A stretch of DNA of 63,587 nt, filler included, from Reticulomyxa filosa (GCA_000512085.1; 21 parts of 21 records of this genome joined end to end with filler, not necessarily neighbours in it); one strand, 5' to 3'. Counted from the whole stretch's first letter, positions 51,896-62,831 are shown. Numbers and translations are program-made. Notes: generated by a model from the letters alone, not told the origin.

Positions 51896-53845
51896 TCATT
51901 TTGAGTTTTTCAAAAAATTTTGAATATTTTGTTTTAAACCATAATCAGAAAAAAGTCGCAAATTTTCACCAATGAATAAAGAAGAAGAATTTGGAATACT
52001 TTTATATTGATTCATAATTGATGATCGATCATATGTTATTCCATTCAAAGCAATTACAGGATCATTCATAATTGAATTGGATAATGGACATAAATACTCT
52101 TTTGGAATAACTTGCTCTGCAGCATCTTTATCAGAATCTGTCACACTGATCGGATATTTCTTGCAAATTTCATTGAATGAGTCACAAATATTACAAGCTT
52201 GAGAAAGCATTTCAAAATTAAATATACTCATCAAACCATTTTCTGATAATTTTGACAATGACTTCCTATCAATTTTGTTTTTTTTAATAATTTCATGAAT
52301 TTGGTTAATTTTTGATTTTTTACATTTCAAAGTATGTCCAATGAAAATTGAAATTTCTTGAGAATTCCATGTACTCCATTTCTTTTCTAATTCACTCCAC
52401 TCTTTTTCTATCCAATTATTATTTTCTTCAATCAATTTTTGTAATTTATCATTCAATTCATTAAATCTTTCCATTACTTTATTATTAAAGTATTGGATTT
52501 CATTGATTGCAATTATTTGTTGTTTCTTTTGTTGTTTTCGAATTAATATTTCTCTTTCAATTGAACAAAGATGGTTATATTGTTCTATGCATTTTGTATA
52601 ATTTAAAATTGCTCCATCCGCTTGCTTCTTCAATTTTACCTTTTCCAAACTTTTTTCATTAATTTCATGTCGAATTGATTTTTGCTTTTTGATAATTTCT
52701 TCAAAATCTTTTGATGTAATGTTTACATCATCCTATGTATTCAAACAAATCAATGTATAAATAATAATACATATATAAAAAAAAAAATATATATATATAA
52801 AATGAAACCTTGAGAGATAATTGATATAAAACTAATGTTCTAATTGTGGATGGAATTTCATTCATCTGAATCAAGTCATTTGTTTTAGTTTGTTGAAATT
52901 CACCATCAATACTCCAAATATCATCCCAATTCATTTTATTCGGTTCAGTTCTTTTTTCTTCATCCAATTCTTTCAATTTGTTTTCAAATGTTTGTATTTG
53001 TGTTTCCATTTCTTTCCATTTCTTTGGAATTTCTATTTCAACCTTATTTTCTTTTTCATCTTCAATCATTCTTTCTTTTTCAAATGGAATTATGTATGGT
53101 CTTTCCAATTTCATTCGATTCATTTCTTTTTTTAACTCATGCTTCTTTGCCATTTTTAATAACTCTTCTTTTTCAAATAGTGGCTCTATATTCATACTCA
53201 CATGCATTTTCTGTATTTCATGTTTTGCATTCCATCCACCAATGATATGAACATTTGTATCATCATCACTCAAAATTGCAAAAGAATTAGATATTTCCAT
53301 TGGCAATGTGAATTTGAATTCACTCCATGTTTTCTCTTTCATTGAATATTTATACACATTCTTTACTTTTTCATATTTGCTATTGTATCCTCCAAATAAA
53401 AATATAAAATCGAAAAGATACACAAATGAATAAGACTTGAAATCATTTAAAGCAGGACAAATTGGTAATTTTTCATAATGAAATGTTTTGTTTCGTTCAT
53501 CATATTTTATTAATAATCCTGTGTTTAGACAAAACAATATGAAATGATTTACCACTTTTTCATTACTCATTGTCAATGGCACAAAACAATGATAAGCAAT
53601 TTTAAATTCGTGTTTTTCTCTTGGAATAATGTTATTTTTGACTCCAATCAATGGTTTCATTGTTTTCAAATCAATTACTTCAATGTTTTCTGGATGATGC
53701 GTAATGAACAATAAATCATTATTTATTCCACTAATCAATCCACGCACTCCATATAAATCATCTTCTAATTTTCCAATGTTGGTGTCTTGACTATGTCTTA
53801 CCCAAGTATTAAATGATTGATGTTCAGATTTGGAGTCACTAATTT
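51896..53845 (-). CDS. Kelch repeats + coiled coil + SAM-like + U-box protein (5'-partial; intron 52733-52808)
   Basis: Kelch IFLFGGY and VHIIGGW. SAM-like WSTWNSQEI...IDRKSLSKLS. U-box IPKEYLCPLSNSIMNDPVIALNGITYDRSSI. Confidence 0.85.
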
Positions 53846-54736
53846 NNNNNNNNNNNNNNNNNNNNNNNNNNNNNNNNNNNNNNNNNNNNTTAATTAATTA
53901 ANNNNNNNNNNNNNNNNNNNNNNNNNNNNNNNNNNNNNNNNNNNNTTCCAAAGGGAGTTTTAAAAAAAAACTAGATATTTAAAGTAACTCAATTTCATTG
54001 TTGAAAAAAATGAAATTTTATAATTTCTTGATTAATTTGACAACAAATCAGAAATAAGAAAAGGAAATATTATTGTTTTTGATAAGTCCAAATGTGCATT
54101 GAACCAAGTCAATGCAATGACGTTGCGAGCACAGGACTTTCAAATAACATTCACCCTTGTATTGGACCAACACTGAAGATAGGATTTAGCACTACACAAA
54201 AGTATTTTGTGTTAAAGTTGGACATGCAATAAATTGCATCAAACACTCAAGAAAAAAATTTGAATTTTAGGTTCAAGCGAATTATTTGTTGAAGAACAAC
54301 GTTGCAATGAAATGTTAGTAAAAGATAAGATTTAGATGTTTGCTTATCGTTAGAATGTTTCAATTTGTTATTATCTCTGCGTATGTACATTTTTATTATT
54401 TAACATCAAAGATATTGTACCAAAAAGTAAAAATATTGGAAAAAAATTTTATCACAAGTTATTTTTTCACGTAACTTTGTACGAAAAATTAATACTTCTA
54501 CGTACACCCAAAAAAAGCATATTTGATCAATCGAAATTTGAATTATTGTATTTATTCCTTATCTTTTTTAAAAATACTCGCTAACTCTATATTTTTTTCT
54601 CCGAAAGATTGGAATACAGAACGGATTTAGCACATCCCAAGAAAATATACCAAAAGAAAAAAGTCAAGTTAAGCCAACCCAATCTAACAAAATCATTCCC
54701 ATGCACGCTCTGACATTATTAAAAAAAAAAATTGAT

Positions 54737-55568
54737 TCACACAATGTGGTAAATATATCCACAAATAGACAAAAAGAGGACAAACAATACTAACATTGTA
54801 CACCATCGTTGTGCGCCACCAGACTGAAGATTATTTGAATATTCAAACAAACAAAATAAAATGTTTCAATTTTTTTAAAAAAAAAATAAAAGAAGACAAA
54901 ACAAAACTGATTTCAATAATTTTTTGATTTGTTCATTTCTAGTTTGTATTTTACTCTGCAATGTCTCCATTTTACCTCCAATTTCGGTAATCATAAACTC
55001 TTGTTTTCCGAGTTCATCATTGATTTCTCTAGCCATTTCTTGTATTACTTTAAGTCCACTCCCAATTTGATCTAATTTCTTATCCAACTCTTGATCTCTA
55101 AGCAAACTTTCTTGAATAAATGCTTGTTGTGTTTCCGTTAATGGAACCACTCGTCCTTCTCTACGACCTTTTTGTGTTTATCAAACAAATAAAATTTTTA
55201 TATAAATGTACTTATGTATATATATATATATAATTTTTTTATTATTGTAACGTTGTTCTTGGATATGTTGTATATGTCTTCTTTCATGACGTTTCTTTGG
55301 TTTGAATTCGGATTCAGTATATTCCAAATCTCTGTTTATTATCGTGTAAAAGTTTTATTTACAAAAAAATGTATCTTTTTTTTGTTTTATTTAAAATATA
55401 TATCTTACTGTTTAAACAATTCAAGTAATTGTTTTCTTTCATCTAAATCAGGTTGCTTCAAGGCATCATCCTTTTTTTTTTAATTACATCCATTTCTCTT
55501 TTTGTAAAAGTTTGAAGGGAAAGGATCCAAAAAAAAAAAAAAAAAACCTTGATTCGAAACTGGTTTTT
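54737..55568 (-). CDS. Qc-SNARE (SYP7/syntaxin-8-like), 3' part
   Basis: SNARE helix DQELDKKLDQIGSGL...ELGKQEFMI. The last exon is a TM anchor, WCTMLVLFVLFLSICGYIYHIV*. Confidence 0.85.
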
Positions 55569-55668
55569 NNNNNNNNNNNNNNNNNNNNNNNNNNNNNNNN
55601 NNNNNNNNNNNNTTAATTAATTAANNNNNNNNNNNNNNNNNNNNNNNNNNNNNNNNNNNNNNNNNNNN

Positions 55669-55725
55669 ATGATATTTAAAAACTACACGATTTGTAGATA
55701 TTTTTTTTAAAAAAAATTTTGATTA
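55669..55725 (-). mobile_element. Tc1-MITE inverted arm fragment (copy G)
   Basis: ATGATATTTAAAAACTACACGAT...TTTTGATT is nearly identical to 30192-30244. Confidence 0.7.
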
Positions 55726-56015
55726 TCGTTTATGGGATATTCGATCTGATAAATAAATTCAAATATTTAATGGACATACTAATTGTGTTATGGCTATTGA
55801 AAATTTGATAATAATAGTTCAAATGTGATATGTTCTGGATCATTAGATAATACAATTCATTTTTGAGATATTCGATCAAATAAGAAAGAATTATATATAT
55901 AATTGAAAATGATATTGAGATATATAGTCTTAAATTTGTATTATTAAAGAAAAATAAAAGCAAAGATAATCGTAGTTGTAACATTGTTCTATGTTATGGT
56001 ACATGATATGGCCAT
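55726..56015 (+). pseudogene. Degenerate WD40 C-terminal fragment
   Basis: RLWDIRSDK*IQIFNGH...CSGSLDNTIHF*DIRSNK, with stops and deletions. Confidence 0.8.
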
Positions 56016-56087
56016 TAAATTATTTTTATTTTTATAAAAATTAATTATGAAACACTGTTACTTTCCCATTACTGAGCATTATATGCT

Positions 56088-56695
56088 TTATCTTTGTTGA
56101 AATATAATGTCATAATCAGTTGTATTGTTACTTTGTATACAATATCATTCAATATTTTTACTTTTGCCTAAATCAGCAATTTTATATCATTGTGTAATTG
56201 ACCAAATAGTCAAAAAAAAATCATCGTCCATGTTATTCTCTATTTGAAATATTTTTATTACGACATATATCAATAATAAATATTTTTGGAAAATCTTTGA
56301 CACTTGAATATATTAAATAACAAATGATTTTTGCTTCCATTAATCAATGAACGTACTCCACAATAACTTTTTCCATTTATTTCAAAATGAACTAATTATA
56401 TTCATGTATTATAATTATTTAATTTATTCATTTTATTGTTATTTATCATCATTCCAAACATTAACTCCTCCAAAAGATAATAAAGTGATTTCATTTCTAT
56501 TTTTGTTGTTATAATTTACTAATTTCACTTACACAATGTCTAAATAATGTAATATTACTTGGATATTCACAGATAAACTTGTATTCATTTTTAAGTTTAT
56601 CCCCTACAAATGAGAAGTTCGTGTTTGTGAAATTTATAAAGTAGAGTGAGTAAATCCTTCAAAGTTTGAAAAGGAGTTGTAGTTTTATTACCCAT
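56088..56695 (-). pseudogene. Collapsed Kelch-caspase fusion pseudogene
   Basis: MGNKTTTPFQTLKDL...NEYKFICEYPS...EITLLSFGG...YCGVRSLINGSKNHLLF, then VKDFPKIFIIDICR...DYDIIFQQR*. Confidence 0.75.
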
Positions 56696-56770
56696 GTTGT
56701 TCTATTAGGAGAAAAAAAAAACTTGTACATTATTTATTATTTTTTATCAATGAAAATTATGACAAAAGTT

Positions 56771-56809
<39 letters not shown>

Positions 56810-57177
56810 TTCTTGTTAAATATTTTTTTTTAAGAGAGAAAAAAAGACTAGTTAATAAATAAACTTTCTTTTTTTGAAAATTTCTAAAATTTAAATTGAA
56901 AACATAATAAATAATACCTACAAATTTTAATGCTTACTAAATATAATAAAGAATAACTATGTTTCATTTCATATTCAATTATGGAAATTCTTTTATCCAA
57001 TGAGTTTTTGAGGAAAAAAAAACAACTTAAAATATTTCTTCTTCTCAAAGAAATTAAAAAATGATTACTCTTAGTAATGAAAAACAATTACCATTGGTAA
57101 GTTTCTTTTCAATCTTTCAGAAATTTGATTGTTCTTACATTTTTTATAAACATGATTTACAAATAAATTTAGTCATA

Positions 57178-58354
57178 AGAAGAAGTAATTAAAATTATTA
57201 TTGGACATTGGATTCGAATATTAAATATTAAATTAGGATGGATCCATGATTTTAATAAATAATTATTTATTTAATTCATACTCATAATTTAATAATATAG
57301 ATAACTGTTTTCTTTATCCTTGACATATTTCGTTCATCATCAAAATTACTTAAAACATTCATTGGACATACTGGTTATGTTTGTAGTATTCGATTATTCA
57401 ATATCCAATAATGGTTATTTAATTTGTTCTGGATCAGATGATAATACAGTTCGTGTATGGGATATAAATACTAATAAACAAATACGATTATTCGATGAAC
57501 ATGTACATGTTGTAACTTGTGCAAAATTTTCACCATATCATTATCATAATGTCATTTGTTCTTCATCATATGATAAAACTATTTGTTTTTGGGATATTAA
57601 ACAAAATATACAATTAAGAATATTTGAGAAACATAAAAGTTGGATTAGTAATATTGAATTTTCATCATTTAATAGTGGTCGATATTTATGTTCTGTATCT
57701 GATGATAAAACAATTCGTTTATGGGATATTAAAACATATAAATCATTACATATTTTTAATGGACATGAAGGTGGTGTTTGGTGTATTGATTTTTCACCAT
57801 TACAAAATAATAATAATAATAATAAAATAAATAATATTGGTATAATTGGTGGTAATGGTTATACAATTTGTTCTGGATCATTTGATAATACTATTCGTAT
57901 ATGGGATATTGAAACAACTAAACAATTAATTATTTTCAAAGGACATAAAGATTGTTTAAGAAGTGTAAAATATGGATTAAATGAATTAAGAAATATAATA
58001 TTATCTGGATCACAAGATAAAAGTATTCGTTTATGGGATATTCGATCTAATAAACAAATTCAAATATTTAATGGACACAAAAATATTATTTATACTGTTG
58101 AATATTCACCATTTATTATAAATAATAATAAATTTAATTGTAGTTCAAATATTATATGTTCTGGATCATTAGATAATACAATTCGATTTTGGGATATTCG
58201 ATCAAATAAGAATGAATTATATATTATAAATGGAGATCAAGGAGGTAATGGAATACATTGTCTTAAATTTTTACAATTACAAAAAAAAGAAAACAATTTT
58301 GATATTAATTTATGTTATGGTTCAGGAAATGGTAATGTTCATATTTTGGGATAA
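57178..58354 (+). pseudogene. WD40-repeat gene with the family N-terminal motif; frameshifts at ~57260 and ~57391
   Basis: EEVIKIIIGHWIRILNIKLGWIHDFNK exon, acceptor at 57299-57300 and a full WD40 set ending HILG*. Confidence 0.8.
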
Positions 58355-58587
58355 ATTTTTATCAAGAAAAATATTTCCAATTTATGTAATAACTCAATTA
58401 TGTGCTTACTTTAAAATATGTTATTTCAATTAAATAGATATAACATCAATATCTTCATTTTTTTTCTTTTTTCTTTTTTAAACAACTNNNNNNNNNNNNN
58501 NNNNNNNNNNNNNNNNNNNNNNNNNNNNNNNTTAATTAATTAANNNNNNNNNNNNNNNNNNNNNNNNNNNNNNNNNNNNNNNNNNNN

Positions 58588-60214
58588 TTGGATTGAATCG
58601 ATCCATGATTGATTAATTGTTGTTCAATTATTAGTTGAATTATTCCACCACCACTTCCTCCATATGTACTTCCACCTCCACTTCCAAAATGAATTTCTTT
58701 CAACAAAGTCTCTTCTCCATACATTTCTCCACCTTGTCCGTCATTTCCTTTTCCTTTCTTTCCATATCCACCACCTCCTCCATCTTTACCCTTTCCAGGA
58801 CCTTGATCCCCTGGATATCCCAATTTTGAGCAATCAATTCTGGATGAAGAATACTTAATCCACAAATGACTTGTTTTGATTTTTAGGTGTTCAAGTCGAT
58901 CACAATTAAGAGTTAAAGTGATATTTTCTCCAAGTAAAAATATTCCAAAATTATAAGTATTCCATTCATTATTTTTTAATTGTATTGTTTGTCTATTTTC
59001 AGTGACCAATAAAAAATCAATTCCATTTCTTAGATTTAAAGGCATGAGAACTGATGCCATATGTTGACAATTTTTATTGTATTTGAGTTCAGTGATGTCT
59101 TGTTCTTGTTCTTTTTGTTCTTCTTCAAATTGTGTTTGAATTTGAAGTTGAAGCTGCTTAATATTTGTATTTTGATTTTCTACTTTAGTTTCGGTATTTT
59201 GTTTGTATTGCTCAAATTTGATTTGATATTGTTTCAATTGTTGTTTAAATTCAATATTATCTGTTTTTAATTGTTGAATGGTGTCTGTTAATGCAGTTAT
59301 TGTTTGATCTTTTTCTTGTAATTCATGTTTTAAATGGTCGATTTGTTTATCTTGATCATTTTGTTGTTTATTTTGCTCATTTTGTTGGTTTTTTAAATCA
59401 ATAATAGTTTGATTCATCTCTATTTTGAATTGTTGAATATCTTTTGTTGGTTTAAATATTTGTTCATCTTTTTTCAATGACTCTTCTTTTAAATCCTTGA
59501 TTTGCTCCTTTTTTTTTTTTTTTTTATTAATTTATCATTTCATTTCAAGCAAAAAAACAAACAAACAAAAAATGACAAAACTGTTTGTGATTTGATAACA
59601 TTTTGCAATTCTTTAATTTGTTTACTCATCTCATTCAATTGATCTGTAATTTCATTTGAAATGTTTTGTTTGGTTGAAATCAAGTTGCATGAGTTATCCA
59701 AATGATCTTTCAAATCTTTCATTTTTCCTTTATAATTGCAATTGCAATTCTTTTTTGAATTTAAATTTGAAGTTGATCCATTCCAAAGTTCTCCCTCTTC
59801 TCCACCTGATTTTATTCCTTCATTTAATTGTCTTTTTTTCAAATCAAATTGTCGAGGACAGATCACTAATAATTCAGACACCAATTTCCTCATACTTCTA
59901 CTTTGCGAAAATTCGCAATATTCATGTTGTTCAATTGGACATTTTTCATTGTTTTGTTTTAAATAATTTTGTAAGCATTGCTCTCCAACCAAATAAACTT
60001 GATCTGCATTTTCGTGTTCATCACAATGTAGTTCCATTGCATTGTTTGCAATTTCATTACAAATGCAACAAATTAAAGTGTTCAGTTTTTGTGGTTCATT
60101 TGTCAATGAAGCCCAATCTTTACTGTAACAGTCAGAAAAGGAAAAGATTGAGCTTTTATTTTCTTTGCTTTCCTCTTCTTCTTCTGTTCTTGTTTCTGCA
60201 TCAATTAACAACAT
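58588..60214 (-). CDS. RING-like/TRAF zinc finger + coiled coil + glycine-rich domain protein (3'-partial)
   Basis: CCICNEIANNAMELHCDEH...CPIEQH and CPRQF...CNYKGKMKDLKDHL, then a Q-rich coil and GPGKG...GGGGGYG...GSGGG...GGSGGGIIQL. Confidence 0.85.
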
Positions 60215-61049
60215 TCTTCTTTTTTAGAAATACTCTATTTTTTTTTTTCTCTAAAAACTTTAGTTTGAAAAAGGGTTTTCAAGTGAAAACTCCATATTTT
60301 TTTTTTGTAGAAGAAATTTTTGAATAAAATTATTTTCATTTTTTTTTTTTTGCTCAGAAACATAATTTATTTTCAATACTAAGATAACACAAAAGGATAT
60401 TCAAAAAAAGATGAGCATAGCTTAAGACTTTTTTTCAACTGCAAAAGTGATCATAAAATAGGTAAAACTTCATTTCATTGAATTGCAGTGAGAGTACGAA
60501 AAATTCTGAAAGAAAAACATACTGTAATTTTTTAACTCATTTTTATTTTACAANNNNNNNNNNNNNNNNNNNNNNNNNNNNNNNNNNNNNNNNNNNNTTA
60601 ATTAATTAANNNNNNNNNNNNNNNNNNNNNNNNNNNNNNNNNNNNNNNNNNNNCTAAAAAAAAAAAAAAAAAAAAAGAACGTCCTTAACTTTGTATGCTG
60701 GGAAGTGTTGCACGGCAAGACTTCAACAGAGTACTCGAATTTTGCACGTTTCGCGCTAAGCGGAACATTTTCAAAATTTATCGATGATCAAATTTATCCT
60801 TTTCAGAAAAAATTCAGAAACCTTTTTTTCTTTGCAGTACAACTTTACTTTTTAAGAATGTTTGCTTGCTTCTCTCTTTCTTGAAAATATTTACTTATAA
60901 ATCTCTTGACGGATATCCCTTTGCTGAAATTTAATAAATAATTAGTACGTTTGAGTAAACGCTGCACTTTCCAAAAAAGAAACGATGTAAATATTTTAAT
61001 TTGCATAATGTAAGTCGAGGCGTTGACTGTTCAACGCTGAACAGAAGAA

Positions 61050-61611
61050 TATTCATAATATATTCGACTGGGGAGGATATGATCCAACAATTGAAGATGT
61101 CTTTAGCAATGAAAAATGAATGGATTAAAGAAGGAGATGGTTTTATAATTGTATATTCAATAACGAGTGAAGATTCTTTTCAACAAGTTTCCAAATTTCG
61201 TGATCTTGTTGTGAAAATTAAAGACAAAACAAGAATTCCAATGTATGAATAAATTATATATATTTATTTATTTATGAAATAAAGATATATAAATTTATAT
61301 ATGTATGCTAGAGTATTGACAGGAAGTAAATGTGATTTGACAGAAGCACGTCAAGTATCAATAGAAAGAGGATCTGAACTTGCAAAAGAATGGTGATGTT
61401 TATAAATATTTTATTTATTTATTTTATAATAATAATAAATAATAAATAATAAATAATAACTAGGGACTGTGCATTTTATGAAAGTAGTGCTAAAGAGAAA
61501 ATAAATGTAGAAATAATATTTCAAGAATGTATTAGAGAAATTCGAAGAATATGCAAAAATGAAATAGAAAAATCTCAAAAAATTGAAACAATTTGTTGTA
61601 ATATTTTGTAA
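61050..61611 (+). pseudogene. Ras-family GTPase pseudogene (intron-containing, internally deleted)
   Basis: YDPTIED is joined out of frame to AMKNEWIKEGDGFIIVYSIT, so DTAGQE is lost. GSKCDL, ESSAK and CaaX CNIL are present. No P-loop seen. Confidence 0.75.
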
Positions 61612-61772
61612 ATTTTAAAAATGTCCTTGTTATTATTGTTCTTCGCTTAAATTGTTTAATATTCCAAAAGGAAAGAAAGAAAGAGTATTGACCAAAAAAT
61701 AAAATATTTACACACGCATATCGTATGGACATCATACACACAAAAAATATAATATAAAAAAAATAAAAATTT

Positions 61773-62382
61773 TTAATTAGAATCTGTTTTTGATTGCTTG
61801 TTTTTATCATTACAACTAATTCCAAAAGTAGCAGAACAACAAACAATACCACAACACCAAGATTGACCAGATTCAGTTTCAACTCGATTAGCAAACGAAT
61901 CAGAATTTCTGGGCTTTCTTTTTTTATTACTATCTTCACGTTGAAGTAAAGGTTGTGTTTCATCAGTGTTGGAAGTAGTTTGTTTGTTGTTATTATTATG
62001 ACTTTCTTCTATTGTATTAGATGTTGTTTGTTGATAAATATTAATTTGTTGTTTTAATGAATCATTTTCTTGTTGTGATTTAAATTGTTGTTTTTCAAGG
62101 ATTATTTTTTCATTTTCAATTTTTTGTAAACGTAATCTTTCTTCATTTAATAATTGATTTAATTTTAAAAGTTCTTGTTCAAATTTTTGTTGTTGTTCTG
62201 ATATTTCATGTAAATGAGCTTTTTCAATACTGATTTGAAGCTATTTTTATAATAAAAATAGTGTAAAATATAAATGAATAAATATATTTTTTTATTTATT
62301 TTATACCTGTTCTTTTTCTAATTTTGATTGATTGGATATTAATTTTTCTTTTTGTAAATCATTTTGTAATTGAAGAATAAGA

Positions 62383-62384
<2 letters not shown>
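61773..62384 (-). CDS. 3' exons of a coiled-coil protein with a Cys-rich tail
   Basis: Open frame LQISIEKAHLHEISEQQQKFEQELL...ETQPLL...WCCGICCSATFGISC...DSN*. Confidence 0.55.
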
Positions 62385-62419
<35 letters not shown>

Positions 62420-62519
62420 NNNNNNNNNNNNNNNNNNNNNNNNNNNNNNNNNNNNNNNNNNNNTTAATTAATTAANNNNNNNNNNNNNNNNNNNNNNNNN
62501 NNNNNNNNNNNNNNNNNNN

Positions 62520-62831
62520 CCGTTTTCGCCATTCGATTTTGAGAATCGAAAAATTATCATGAGGTTCGATTGGACAAGAATTTGGGTTTTGATTAAGGAA
62601 TTGCTTTAAGCAGTTCCATCCGACGATCAATGGTTCATCCATATTTTCATGTTGAGAGCAATCGATTTCCATTGGATTGTTGGCCACTTGTTTGCAAATC
62701 AAACAAATAAGGTAGTTGATATCTTCCTGCTTGTTCAATTGTAAAATCCAATTTTTGTCAAAGCAAGTCTGTTGTTCAGTAATTGACTTTAAGTTTAGTT
62801 TCGCATTGTCTTTACTTTTTTCTTCTTCCAT
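62520..62831 (-). CDS. RING-like/TRAF family gene, N-terminal fragment
   Basis: CFDKNWIL...[19 protein letters not shown]...CPIEPH, a close paralog of 3577..3885. Confidence 0.85.

Noticed and set aside
4616-62519. Regularly recurring TTAATTAATTAA motif
   Set aside because: It always sits inside N-runs of fixed total length, so it is an artificial linker. ORFs running into it are artefacts.
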